A stretch of 64,000 bases of DNA from Leucoraja erinacea (taxonomy: Eukaryota): contig NC_073401.1 of NCBI RefSeq assembly GCF_028641065.1, positions 13,702,001 to 13,766,000 on the forward strand, written 5' to 3'. This document shows positions 36,112-51,100 of the stretch, piece after piece (position 1 is the first letter of the stretch; the number at the start of each line of letters is the position of its first letter). The notes under the pieces were generated by a model that searched no databases, was not told where the DNA came from, and saw nothing but the letters and a program-made list of their open reading frames with translations. The position numbers and the translations under genes are program-made.

Positions 36112-39100
36112 CTGGAAAACAAAAAAATGGATTTGAAATGCAAATGACTCAACTTGCCTTGAAAAATATTACCAACAACCAATTTTAAGAACGTATGCAC
36201 GAGAAACATTAGGTTTCTTTAAGCTACAAGGTACATTCTTCATTTTTAAGCCAAACCATACCGTCATATTTTCATTTCATCTTTCAGTGGTTTCTACCAT
36301 ATTCATAAAAAAGTGTACTGTGAGCACAAAACTTCAATTGAGTTATTTTTGCTGTACATAATTTAAACACCCACATAATAATGATTGATAATCTTACCTC
36401 GTACATTCAATCCATTATCACAAGCAAATTGTGCAAATGGTGACATGTAGTTTGGATCATATGCTAGTTCATGAGCCTGTTCTGCAATGCTTCTTGCTGT
36501 TTGCTGTATGCTTTCATAGTTAGTTTTCTGCAATCACATTGATATAAATAACATCATTCCTACAGAATACAATTATTTAAAAAGACAACACGTGTGGTAT
36601 TTTATATTAGCTGGTATATTCTGGGTAAATACAAAATGAGCCTTGTAATTGTTGGCAACCAAGCTTCAAGACATCAAAAGAATTGCATTTCGCTTATTAT
36701 TAAACCACTTATATCTATTTAAATGGCTCACGAAATTCAGCAATTATCCCATATCCATAAAAGGGAGATTACAACTATATACAATAACTTAATAATCTTA
36801 GAATATGCATGCACAACTCTTAACATGTAGGCAGCAATACCTGGATACCATTTACCATCCTGGCTGTTCATGGTAATTTTGCAAAACCATTTACCAAGGA
36901 GCTTCTTTAAATACACGTACACACCTTGCTCCAGAAATGGATTCCTTGTTCAATCTAATGGTGATAATTGACTTTCAAATTTTAACTTTATTTTTTGATC
37001 TGTTCAGATTATCATGGACTATCTCTGCCTTGTCCCGTTTATGATATCTTAAATATAAAATGATACAGTATGGAAACAGACCCTTCAGCCCAACTTGTCC
37101 AAGCTACAATGGTCCCACCTGCCTGCGGTTGGCCAATATCCCTCCAAACCTGTCTTATCCATGTACCTGTCCAACTGCTTCTTAAACGTTGAGATAGTTC
37201 CAGCCTTAACTACCTCTTCTGGCAGCTTGCTCCATACACCCACCCACCTTGTCCTGCCCATGTTAGACTTACCAAAATGCAACACCTCACATTTCTCTGT
37301 ATCAAATTCCATCAATCATTCCTCAGCCCACATGGCCAATCGATCAAGATCTTGCTGCAATTTCTCACAACCTTCTTCACTATCTGCAAAACCACCCACT
37401 TTTGTATCATTAGCAAACTTCTTAATCTTGCTATGTACGTTCTCATCCAACTTATTGATGTAGATGACAAACAATAATGGGCCCAGAACCGAACCCTGAG
37501 GCACACCATTAGTCACAGACCTCCTGTCCGAGAAGCAACCTTCCACCAACACCTATGAAGCCAATTTTCTGTCGATTTAGCTATCTCTCCTTGGAAAGGC
37601 TTTTTGCTGTTTTGAATTTCTCCTTTTAAATGGACTGAACCCAATTCAATGGTCAATATTAGACACACGTTCTAATTATGCTTAATTGGCCTTTGTTGTT
37701 ACAAGGACTATTCCAAATATGTTCGAGAAATATTACCATCTTTCTTATCCCATAATTTTGGAAGTTAAACCTCCCCAACAAAAAGCATTAACAAGGTGTT
37801 GGTCTCACTGTTACAATATTATATTTAGTCATTTCACCGATGTCACAAGGTTGCTTACACACAATTACCATTAGAATCTTAAATTCATTCGTGTCTCACT
37901 CGTACCCACAAAGTCTGAATGAGCTGCTCTCTAGATCTTACATATTTTACAGTTGAACTAATTTCATCCTTGACTGCTGGTTTAGAATGGCTACATTTCT
38001 TTAGAACCTATGTTCAATTCCTAATCCAACTGAAATAGTTGAATATGAATTCTTTGAAATTAAGAATATAGGGGTGATCTTATTGAAAGACAAGACCTTT
38101 ATGAACCATGATTGGGTTGACATTGGGATGATTCCACAAGTGGGAGATTCTCAAACAAGACACAATTTTTTCAAAATAAGGGCCCATTAATTTAAAACTG
38201 AAGTGCGTGGGAAAAGGGTAAAGAACCGTTGGAATGTTCTACCTAGGCAAGTTGTGAAGGTAAGCTCACTGGAGGATCATTAAAATGAAAATAAAAGATT
38301 AGGGAATTCAGGGCCATGGAAAAATTCAGGGTCAGGGAACTGGCATGGAAAAAGATTTGAGGGCTGGGGGGGGAAATCATTCATGATAATATTGAATAGC
38401 GAGCCAGGTTTGAGGGGCAAGCTGGCCTATTCCTGTTCCTACCTTATAACCATTCTATAGCCATGTCTCAGTCATGCTACCTTGGCATCCCTTCCAAGTC
38501 GTATTTACTAAAGCAATCGTAGATTTTCCATATATAGAAATGCAAAGAGCCGTTTGGCAGTATGCAAGTCTAATGTCTCAATCTTAAATTATTTTATACC
38601 AACAGCTTTTCTCCTACCTAAACATTTTTTTTCAAACTGATCTAATTCTAACATAGCACCCCGGCTATATTTTAATGGGGAATAATTGGTTAAGTGCTGT
38701 GCCTTAGAGCCTTATGTTTTACAGTACGAGTCATCCATGAGGGATCATCTGAAAAACTGCACTCAAATGAAAACCAGCCATTTTGGGATTTCACATAATT
38801 GCGTAATGCAGCAGATGACTAAAGCGTGTTTACAAGGAGATTTTGTTTGTGAATTGTCAATTGCTTTTCATCAAATCTCTAGAGAAATTTCAGATCACCA
38901 ACAGCCAGACAGTTGCACGATAATTGCACGTCAGTGTGCATCTAGATCAATTTAAAACAGCTGCAAATACTGATGTTGGTAACAACTTGTATTTACAACC
39001 ATTAGATTATGGGATTGTATCCAAGGCAGATCAGTAACACTGCTTATTTCTGAACACTCATTGATCGGACAATCTTCATAAAGGAATTAAGGAAAATTAT

Positions 39101-42100
39101 TATTTTATTGATTATACAGGAAAAATTAGTTAAACACTTTTAGCAAGTTGTGAGATTTCAAGAGTGAATCCAAGGGAAAACGCAGAAATCACAAATCCTC
39201 CCCAGCTACTATTTTCCTTTATGGTCATTGTGTCCTTGTATGTTGTGGAAATTGCTGAACCAGTGTTTTATGGTTTCTTGAGGGAGCAAGGAGATTGCAC
39301 ATTCCATTTCACAGCACAGTTAAAGCATATAAAGGTTAGCCCTGAACTATCTAACCAACAAATCTTGATCAAATGACTGATAGCTTGATATTTCTGAGAA
39401 ATAGCACCAGGTCAAAAGTGACTGGATTTGATTTTTAAGAAAATAGTTGTAATTTAAAAAAAGTACAGATATTTAGCCAAAATATATTCCTGGCAAAAGA
39501 CTTTTGAGCTCCTAAAGATATAAAGAAACGTGGGGGGTGAGAGCGAAAGTGGTTGACTGAACCAAACAGTCGAGTTTGCTAAAGGCCAAGTGTATCATAA
39601 CACAAAACTGACAGTATCAAATAGCCACGAAAGGCTGGAGTAACTCAGCGGGTCAGGCAGCATCTCTGGAGAAAAGGAATAGGTGACGTTTTGGGTCGAG
39701 ATACTTCTTCAGACAGAGTCAGGAGAAAGGGAAAGGAGAGACATAGATAGTGATAGAGAGATATAGAACAAATGTATCAAATAGCCACTGCTTTCACAGC
39801 CAACTCAAATGAAAAACAGGATTAAAATGATGTGATCTAAAATCATTGTTCAAAGGTATCATATGAAAATATGCACAACAACAAGTGAATAACTCCATAC
39901 GAATTTTTACATTATCCAATCTCTTAAAAAAATGCTATTGCCAACTTCTGCTTAGGCAGTATGCCCTGACACAAAACTGACAGTATCAAATATCACTTCT
40001 CTTTCACAGCCAACTTGAACAAACATGGTTAAAATAATTAAATCTAAAAGCATTGTTCAACAATAATATGGGGTGGGAGATTGCAAACTTCACGTGGTCC
40101 ACCCTGTTTCGACGAATGCAATCAATCTGGTGTGCACAATCAAATAAGATCAAATAGAACACGTTGTCCTACAACTTTAGGCTGTGCACGGCATTATCAA
40201 GAAGAACAACAATAAACTTATGCACAACAAGCGAACAGCTCAATGAGAATTTTGACATTAAACAATCTTTCCTTAAAAAAACCCCAATTTAACCATGATC
40301 CAAATCAATATTCAACAAGGTCATCTGGACACTGCCCCAACACGAATACAAAACATACATTAAAATATCAGTACATTAAGCAGGATGCAGTTATACAATT
40401 GATCTAATTGATCCAAACAATGCCCCATATCTATTAATAAAATGTGATTTGTACAGACAATATTATCTGCCTGAAGCCAAGGAGAATAAATTGGTTTTTT
40501 GGAGAATAGTCCTATGTAAACTCTCGGTAACCTCAGATTTAATAGTGTTTAAGTGACATCATGAAAAAATTAGGCCACTTTAGTTTCTTACAAAACGGCT
40601 AATTCTACAATGTAGCAGGATACACTTTTAAAGGGATTTAACTTTAACCTTTGGTTGCTTTACAGTTTTCACTGAATAGGAAATGACAAGCATTTTGAAA
40701 ATGTATTGCATTTACACAAAAGATACCTTTAGCTTCTTTAGCTCTTGCAAAATCATGTAGTCAGGCATGTTATCAAATAATCCATCTGTTGCTGTCAAGA
40801 TGATATCTCCTATTTGGACATCAATGGAAGTGCTGTCAGCAACATCAGGGCTGTGTGGACAAATGCATTAAAGTTTTCAGGCCATCAGAAATAAATGCAA
40901 ATCGGGTAACATTTATTCCGACAATTAATGGAATTAACATAATGGCAACACTTACAATCATTTAAATTGTTTGTCATAGCCACATTATAAACAACCCTTG
41001 TTTTCAAAGCACAGCAGACTTGAAATTGCTGATTCTCTAGCAGGAAGACTATTAGGCATTTTTTGCTTATACTGTATTCAAGTAAATGTGTGGGCTTCAG
41101 AGGCCGAGCCAGCATTTAATAGTCCATCCTAATTGCCCTTGCGAAGGGCATGGTGAGCTGTCCTCTTGAACTGTTGCAGCCTTGGAATGTGAGTATTGAG
41201 TAGGGAATTTCAGGAATTTGACTCAGCAGAGCAGCAACAATATGTTTCCATGTCAGGATGGAGTGCGACTTAGAGAACTCCCAGTTGGTGGTGCTCCCAT
41301 ATTTTTGGTGCGCTTGCCCTTCTAGCTAGTAGAGGATGTGGGTTTGGAAGGTGTAAATGGTACACACTGCTACATCTGTGCATCAGAAGTGGAGTGAGTG
41401 GTTTTGGATGGGGTGCCTGTGCTGCTATGTCCTGTATGGAGCAGTGCTTTGTGTTTTTGAGCGCTCCCTGCAAGAGAAGAGTATTCCATCACACTTGAGC
41501 CTTGTAGATGGGGGATAGGCTCTGGGGAACTAGGAAGTGAGTTGTTCGCTGCAGGATTCCTATCTTCTGGTCTTGTCGCCACATCAAGTATATGGATCCT
41601 CCAGTTCAATTTCTGGTCAATAATAATACCTAGGATGTTGATAGTGGGAGATTCACTCTTGGTGGCGCCGAATGATGGCTGCCTCACCAACGGTCTGTCT
41701 CATCTTTTTCCTTCTTTGTTGATTTTAGTTGTTGAATGTATGTTTTAGTGTACCTTTAGATTTGAATTATGTGGGGTGTGGGGGAGGGAACTTTTTTAAT
41801 CTCTTTCCCCAACGGAGACGCGGCTTTTATCCGTATCGTATCTCCGTCCGCACTGCAGCCTAACATCATAGGAGCTGGCGACATCTCGCTGAGGATCGAC
41901 CTCGGTAGCTCCAACTGCGGAAGCCTGCTGACTTAACATCGCAGAGCTGGTGGTCCCTTTGCCAGGGATCAACCTGGGAAGCTCCAAGCGTGGGAGCCTG
42001 CGGACGTAAAATTGTGGAGCTCGGGGTCCCTGTTTAGGGACCGACTTCAGGAGCTCCAACCACGGGAGCTTCGACCGCCCCGACACGGGAGCTTCGATCG

Positions 42101-45100
42101 CCATGACGGTTCAACTGCCCCGACCTCAGGAGAAAAGGAGGAAAGAAGATAATACTTTGTTGCCTTCCTTCACAGTGGAGAATGTGGTGGAGCCGCTGTG
42201 GTGGATGTTTATGTTAAATTTTATGTAGTTGTGTGTCTTGTTGCTATTTTTGGTATGACTATGGCAAACCAAATTCTTTGTATGTTGCAAAACAAACTTG
42301 GCTAATAAAATTACGATTACGATTCAGTGATGGTAATGCCAGATAACTGGATTTTTTTACTTGTTAGATATCAACATTAATTGCCCAGCATCTGTGTGGC
42401 ACAAGTATTACTTGCCACCCAATGGCTGAGGCCTGGATATACTCCAGATCTTGCTGCATTTAGTTGTAGTCTACTTCATTATCTGAGAAGTGAATGGCAC
42501 TGAACATTGTGCAATCATCAGTGAGTATCCCTTGTTCTCATCTTACAATTGAAAGAAGGCCATTGATGAAGCAGAAAATGATAGTTTGACTATACACTAT
42601 CCAGATAGGCTGTGGGCCGAACATCATAAATGTGTACCGAGATCGTTTTTGCTATCAAGGCAAATTATACCATACAAAAAAAAGCCACACCATACCAAAG
42701 CACCCAATTATTTTTATTTTTTTTAAAAGAGAAACAGAAGTATATAGTATTATTTGTCACATCTTTCCCACATTCTTCCATTTTCAAAGTTCTGAATGGA
42801 ATGCTATCAAATATTTTTGGAAGAATGGACATCTCCAGTCCCTTCCAGCTAAAGATCATGAAGCTCAAGATCAATCTTTTGTCCTCAAGATAGAATCCAT
42901 CCATTGAGTTGGCTCTGCAACTTTCCCCAATCTCGCTCCACATTTTGTTGCCCAACTGAAAGTTTCTCCCAGCAGCCACACCATGACGTGATTTTTTTGT
43001 TTTCCTTCTAATTTCTTTACCCTTTCCTGGCCTCCTTTCTTATCAATTGCTGGCTGCACAATCACTTTCTGGTCCATCCTTACGAATTAACCTTTAGACA
43101 TAGTTCATAAGGTCATGTGATAGGAGCAGACTTAGGCCATTCGGCTCATCAAGTCTACTCTGCCATTCAATCATGGCTGATCTATCTCTAGCTCATAACC
43201 CCCATTAACTTGCTTACTCCCCATAACCCCCGACACCCGCGCTAATCAAGAATCTATCTCTGCCTTAATATTCATTGATTTGACTCCACAGCCTTCTGTG
43301 GCAGAATTTCACAGATTCACCATCCTCTGACTAAAGAAATTCCTCCTCATCTCCTTCCTAAAGGGACGTCCTTTAATTCTGAGGCTATAACCTCTAGTTT
43401 TAAACTCTCCCACTAATGGAAACATCTGCTCCACATCCACATCCCTTTGCCAGTCTTGTTGGTAATTATAGCATGCTTCATCCCACATTCACTATCATAG
43501 GTGTCATTAAGGGTACCATGGAGCAGAAAGAAGAGAAAGCTCAAATGATTCCTGCAATATAGAAGCACTCTTTTTTTAACATTAGGATCTGGTTCGCCTG
43601 CAATCTACTTGCAGATTCATACAAGACTAGGATGAAGTATTGTGGCTCATAAATAACCTTGAATCCATAATTTAGCAGATTTAATGCCTTTAGAATTATT
43701 TTTTAAAAAGCATCCAAATAGACGTTAATTCAACACATAGTAGGCAGTCTCCTTCTATACTAATGATAAACATTTTTATATAATGAACCATGTTTTACCT
43801 GTCACTCAGAACTACACCTTCGGCTTCAGGTGGCGGTATTGACAATTGGAAAGGGGTGTTAAAATAATGTTGTTGCTCGTCTGACCGGTGAACCACTTCA
43901 CCTCCCCGGACTACCAGAAACCCAGAATCCCCTAGGTTTGCTGTGTGCAACTGATGGCTTCTTCGGTCCAGAACAACTAAACAAGCGGTACTACTTCCTG
44001 CAAGGGAACAATGGATTAAATTAAGCAGAATGCTGAAAGGAAGATAGATACAGATTTAAAGGCAAATACAAAGTGATTATAAATATGAAATGTACTATTG
44101 TAAGATGAAAAAACACTTCTTGCCATTTAATGGTAGAAAGCAAGATAGATTTTAGTTCCAAATGTAGAATTAAGTATTTGTGTACAATTAGATACATAGC
44201 AAAGATAGAATAAACCACTATCTAAACAAGCATGGTTCTGGTAATTAAAACATAAGCTGATATCCAACAATATGCTTGCTGTATGATGCAGCCGTGAATG
44301 ATTTTGATATTCTGGATACAGGATGCCTAAAGAGTTTTATTAACTAAAATTAACAACAATATTTTATAGTTATTGACTATGACTATCAAAAATTAATATA
44401 GCCTTGTACAATGTCACTGTCCAATCTGTTTATGATTTTTATTTCTAACTCATTAAAAACCCAAAAATAACAGCTGTAGAGAATTTATTGCCCCCAAATT
44501 GTTTAAATTATTATCATAGTTTAGAAGATCCAACATATAATGGTATAGCATTTCCAGATGATTTGCAATTGACAATCTGGACAGATCATATACTTAAAAT
44601 TAAGCTGATTGTTCAAAATTCATTTTAATGTGATGAATGTCATGAGAAAAATTAATTGACCATTAACAGACTTTGCATAGAGGTCGTGGCAAGTCATTTC
44701 CAGAACTACTAAAGCGTAACAGACCAAGTGATTACACATGAATGGTGATAGATTTTTCTAAGTTCGAGTTATAATTACGATCTGGAGCTGAAGCTGCAAG
44801 TGGTGGCACTCTATTGCATTTGATGCCTTTGTACTCTGTGTTGTAAAGGCCATAGGTTGGAAGGTCTGTCAGAGTTCAAGCAGTTGAGTGCTTTGTAAAA
44901 AATAAGAAGTGTGTGAATATTCAAGGTAGTGGGCGGGTGCCAGTCAAGCAAACTGCCCTGGATGGCACCAACATTCCTGAACAATGTTGGACCTGCACCC
45001 ATTTAGGCAAGTGCACAGTATTTCATTACACTCTTTGTACTTTGCAGACAGTTAAATATTTGGGGTGTCAGAGAGAAAGCCATTCATTGCTGGATATCCC

Positions 45101-48100
45101 TTCTGTGAACTTCCCTTGCAGTTACAGTATTGCCAATATTTTTTCTCAGATTTCCTTTGTTGCTTGACTGCTTTATTGAGAAAGTATATTTTGTGCATTC
45201 ATGGTGAATGTTCCATTTAACCCTATGAAAGGATGCGGGCCAATGAAGCAGGTGAACACAGCAAGACCTAGGTTATATTTGCGGTGTCTGATATAATTTG
45301 CATAATCAAAATATTCAATGAACTGGCAAGATTGAATACCTTAACAGAAAGCAATTTCTTCCCCCAAATATTCATAGTTAATAATGTTAACTGATACAGA
45401 CTTTAGGATAGCTGAAAACAGATGTTACAGAACAAAACTTTGAGCAACAAAATCTTTAAAAAATTGAAAATGTCTTATACATCGTATTAAGTAATAATAA
45501 ATTGGTGGCGCTCTCCTGTGCACGGCTGCCCTGCCAGCAGTTGTCTGTCTTTTCATCGTTTTATTTTAATTTTTAGTTAGTTAAAGTGTTTTGTTTTGAG
45601 GTCTAGACTTTTTTGTGTGGGGGGGTTGGGGCGGGAGGGGGAAACTGCCTTTCAGGGTCCCTACCTGGTCGGAGAGGCAGCTTTTCTCCGGGCTGCAGCT
45701 TCGACCCGTCCTCGTGGCCTACCAGCGGGCCTGGAGCGGCGTTTCCTGTCGCGGACCGCCCAGAACCTCGGCTTCGGCGGCAGCACAGCGCTGGAGCGCT
45801 ATCGTGGAGCGGGCGATGCCTTGCCTGGGTCGCCGCGCTGGAGCTGCAGGGAGCTGAGACCGCCGGGTTAAACATCGCGGAGCTGCGGGACTGTGGAGCT
45901 GCCAGCTGCGGCGCCGAACTTTACACCGGGAGCCTGGGATCTCGCGACGAGATCGCCAGTTGTGGAGCTCCAACCGGCGCGGCCTTGTCGGCTTCGGAAT
46001 TCGGGGCCTCCAGTATGGAGGCGGCCGTTCCAGGGTTCCCATGCCGCTGTGAGGACTCTCCCGACGCCGGAGCACCACCACCCGGCGAGAACGGCCAGGA
46101 ACATCAGGCTTCTGTAGAGGCAACTGTGGAGGCCTTAATAGGCCCGACTATGGGTGAACTGGGGTTGGGGACTGGACTTTGTGCCTTCCCTCATGGTGGG
46201 AGCCATTGTGGAGGGATGTTCTTTGTGTTTAAGACTCTCATTGGTGTTATGTCTGTATTCTTTCTTTGTGTGCTGCAAAATGGCAAAAAGCATTTCACTT
46301 CATTACACCGCGATGTATGTGAATGTGACCAATAAAATACCTTTGATACCTTTTGAAATAAATAATATTCAATATTTTAGCTAGGAGACAGACTGGATTA
46401 TATAATGTTTTAAATTAATATTAAAGATTACATCAGCTTTAATTACATAAGTGCAATCTGCATTTGGAGTTCGTGGAAGTCTGGCGCTACTTTCAAATTA
46501 ATTGTACAACTTTAGGCCTCAACCCCTAAAAAACAGAAAAATCTCCTTTGCATTCTTTTTATACAGTAGTGCTTTATAAGAAGGTTGGTAACTGAATGCA
46601 AGTTTGAACTGATCCAAATTTTAATTTTTATTTACCCTATTTAATATTGAAAGCATATATAGATCAGCCACGATTGAATGGCGGAGTAGACTTGATGGGC
46701 CGAATGGCCTAATTCTGCTCCTGCAGCTTATGACCTTGTGATATACATAGTTGATACCTTAAAAATGTTATACTTATATCTGCTTGACCAATCATATCTA
46801 CTTTTCCATCCATTAACCATTGATGCATGCATTTAAAGAAAACATGCCAGGCTTGACTGAAAACCTACCAGTGTTAGAGATGTTATAATTAAGATAAAAT
46901 GCAAAATATTACACAAGGGTTATTAAAATGAGACAACTAAAGTCAACCAATTATAACATGTAAAAAGGTCACAAATCGATGGAAAGCACAATATCTGAGC
47001 AAGCCTCAGTAGGAGAAACTGTCTGAGCTTAACTGGCTAGCCATCCGTATGCAATATAGGAAAGCAGTAAAAAGGGTGCATTTGTTGCTAGAATTTCCAA
47101 CAGGATGGCTTTGAGAAACTAAAACCATAAGGCAACCCTGAGGCATCATTCTATAATTACATAATAAAGTATGGACAGTTGAGAGCACTGAAGGCATAGA
47201 CCATAGAAGAATATGACAAATGTGGAGCAAAACAAATTGCAGATGTGCGGGCAGGGTTGAATAATGATCTGCAAAGTACTTCAGAGCTTAAATAAAATGA
47301 ATGAGAACTGGCTTGAGTTTATTTCTTTCCAATGAAACAAGTCCAGCTTACAGTGCCCTCCATAATGTTTGGGACAAAGACCCATCATTTATTTATTTGC
47401 CTCTGTACTCCACAATTTGAGATTTGTAATCACATGTGGTTAAAGTGCACATTGTCTGATTTTATTAAAGGCCATTTTTATACATTTTGGTTTCACCCTG
47501 TAGAAATTACAGCAGTGTTTATACATAGCCCCTCCATTTCAGGGCACCATAATGTTTGGGATACATGGCTTCACAGGTGTGTGTAATTGCTCAGGGGTGT
47601 TTACATTCCTCCTTAATGCAGGTATAAGAGAGCTCTTAGCACCTAGTCTTTCCTCCAGTCTTTCCATCACCTTTGGAAACTTTTATTGCTGCTTATCAAT
47701 GACCAAAGTCAAAAAAGCCATTATAAGACTGAGAAACAAGAATGAAACTGTTAGATACATCAGCCAAAGAATAGGTTTACCAAAATCAACTGTTTGGAAC
47801 ATCATTAAGAAGAAAGAGAGCACTGGTGAGCTTAATAATCACAAAGGGACTGGCAGGCCAAGGAAAACCTCCACAGCTGATGACAGAAGAATTCTTCTAT
47901 AATAAAGAAAAATCCCCAAACACCTGTCCGACAGATCAGAAACACTCTTCAGGAGTCAGGTGTGGATTTGTCAATGACCACTGTCCGCAGAAGACTTCAT
48001 GAACAGAAATACAGAGGCTACACTGCAAGATGCAAACCACTGGGATGGCCAGGTTACAGTTTGCCAAGAAGTACTTAAAAGAGCAACCACAGTTCTGGAA

Positions 48101-51100
48101 AAAGGTCTTGTGCACAGATCAGCAAAACTTAACATATCACAGTGATGGCAAGTCCAAAGTATAGAGGAGAGAAGGAACTGCCCAAGATCCAAAGCATGCC
48201 ACCTCATCTGTGAAACAGTGGTGGGGGTGTTATGGCCTGGGCATGTATGGCTGCTGAAGGTACTGGCTCACTTATCTTCATTGATAATACAACTGCTGAT
48301 GGCAGTATCATAATAAATTCTGAAGTGTATAGACACATCCTATCTGCTCAAGTTCATACAAAATGCCTCAAAACTCATTGACCAGCGGTTCATTCTACAG
48401 CAAGACAATGATCCCAAACGTACTGCTAAAGCAACAAAGGAGTTTTTCAAAGCTAAAAAATGGTAAATTCTTGAGTGGCCAAGTCAATCACCCGATCTAA
48501 ACTCAATTGAGCATGCCTTTTATATGCTGAGGAGAAAACTGAAGGGGACTCGCTTCCAAAACAAGCATAAGCTAAAGATGGCTGCAATACAGGCCTGGCA
48601 GAGCATCACTAGAGAAGACACCCAGCAACTGGTGATGTCCATGAATCGCAGACAGCAAGCAGTCATTGCATGCAAAGGATATGCAACAAAATACTAAACG
48701 TGACTACTTTCAATTACATGACATCGCTGTGTCCCAAACATTATGGTGCCCCGAAATGGGGGGACTATGTATAAACACTGCTGTAATTTCTGCATGGTGA
48801 AACCAAAATGTATAAAAATGGCCTTTATTAAAATCTGACAATGTGCACTTTAACCTCAAGTGATTTTTTCTATTACAAATCTCAAATTGTGGAATATCTC
48901 AGAGGCAAATAAATAAATGATGGGTCTTTGTCCAAAACATTATGGATGGAACTGTATATGTAAACACTTTCTTACTTACACCAAGATCTATTTGTGTTAA
49001 AGTAAAAGTATATTGGATTCCTAACATAAAATCAAAGGAATACAACTAATTTTAACCATAAAAGTAAAATTGTAGCAACTCTAGAAGATACAAGTAAATA
49101 ACCCCTTTTCAAAGCCAAAATCAATCCTTCAGTTCCTTACCTAGCAAAGGGACTTTATTTTGTAATAATTCACAATAGCTTGCAGTAAGGATTCCTACAG
49201 GATTAGATGGTGCAAAGCGCCCTTCCCGTACCAAGCGCTCACATGTTCGCATCAGGGTCCCCGAGAATTGGGAAGGATCTACTCCATAATCTCTCCAACC
49301 TCCAACCCCATCTGCGACTCCTAAGAAAAAAAACATCAGTTGATATGCAAATATTAGTGATACTTTCAGTCTAATTTTTTTCCAGTTTTCCAAAGTTAGT
49401 TACTGGAAAATCACAGAAAAATCATGTGTCAGAGAGCCACTGGTCCAGCATTTGCTCAACCATTTCAATACCGGAACACACGCGGTATGCCCGACTCATC
49501 CCACAGGCCTCCCAAGTGACTGTGGTGAATCTGGGCGGTGAGGCCTGTCTGAGCCGAAGGAGCCTCAGCGGTGGCGGTGATGGGAGCCTCGGCAGCAAAG
49601 TTGGAATCGGCGGCAACAGGAGCCTCGGTGGTGGTGGGGCCTCGTGGTCAATGAGCATGAGAGGGAGGGGAAGATAATGGAGACCCATGGTGGGGGGGCC
49701 ACCATGAAGAACAATGGGGACCCGGCATATGGGGACAGCCGTAAAGAACAATGGAGGACCCAGCATTGGGGGACGGCTGTGAGGGACGGTGGGAGAACAA
49801 AGGGGGGCCCGGTGTGGGAGCACTCTAGTGTAGAATCCTCTGTCCAGGGGATAAGTCTGTGTTCGCTTGTTTGTTCATTTGTTCCAGCTCTGTTCCAGCA
49901 CACGGCAGCCAGCCAACTGTCGATTGTTTTTTTCTTTTTGTTTTCACCATTAATTTCAAGTTTTTGTGCGCCTTGTGTGTTGTGACTGTCGGCAGACCAA
50001 TTTCCCTCCGGAGATGTATAAAGTTTTATCGTATCGTATGAAATTTTACAGCAGTCAACAAGTCTCTTAAATGCCACTATTGTATGTTTCCATCACTACT
50101 TCTGGTGTATGTTCCAAGCACTTAAAAAAACCTGCCCCACAATTATACCCTCTAATATTTGACCATTCCACCCTGGGAAAAGATTTATGACCATCAATTT
50201 TATAAACTTCTATTATGTCTCCCTTCATCTTCCAATATTTCAGCGAAAATAATCCAAGTTGCCCAACCTCACCTTTAAAATGAATATCCTCTAATCGAGA
50301 CAGCATCCTGGTAAACCATATTTCATATTTTTTTTTAATCAGGCAATCAAAAATGCACAGAGCGTGGTCTAACCATAGTTTTATAAAGCTGCAATACGAC
50401 TTCCTGAGTCCAATACTGATGCCCCAACCGATTAAGGCCATGCAAGTCCATTCTGACTTCACAAAGCTGTGGAATGGGACCCCAAGACCCCTTTGCACAG
50501 CAATGTTCTATTAAAGCCCTGTCCCACTGTACGGGTTCATTCAAGAGTTCTCCCGAGTTTGCCCTGATTTGAACTCGGAGGTTTACGGTAATGGCCGCTC
50601 GTAAGTACTCGGGGCTCTCGTGGACATTTTCAACATGTTGAAAAATCTTCACGAGTCTTCCCGAGCTTACCACGTTTCCCGAGTACCTGCCGTTAGCGTT
50701 ACGAGCCGCTAAGAGATGGCCCCGAACTCCGACGTACCCGCTAAGTACATTCTACGTGCTTCCACGAGTTTGATTTTTTTTAAACTCGGGAGAGCTCTTG
50801 AATTAACTTGTAGTGGGACAGGGCTATCCTGTCATTAACTCCCTACTTTCCCCTTGATTTGACCTTCCATACCTCACATTTACCCGGAATAAATTAAATC
50901 TGCCATTTCTCCGCCCACATCTGAAACTGATCTACATCCTGCTCTTGAAGTCTGAAGAAGGATCGCAACGGGAAATGTCACAAATACATGTCCTCTAGCA
51001 CTGTTACTCCAACCGTGTTTTGCCGCTGTATCCTTTGACAGTCTTCTTCCCAATTTGCAACTACGTCAATGTTGTGTTGTCTGCAAACTCATTTTCGTAT

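Noticed and set aside
45596-46384. Cluster of overlapping ORFs up to 240 aa
   Set aside because: All lie in a GC-rich interspersed repeat where stops are rare; no recognisable domain or splice structure.
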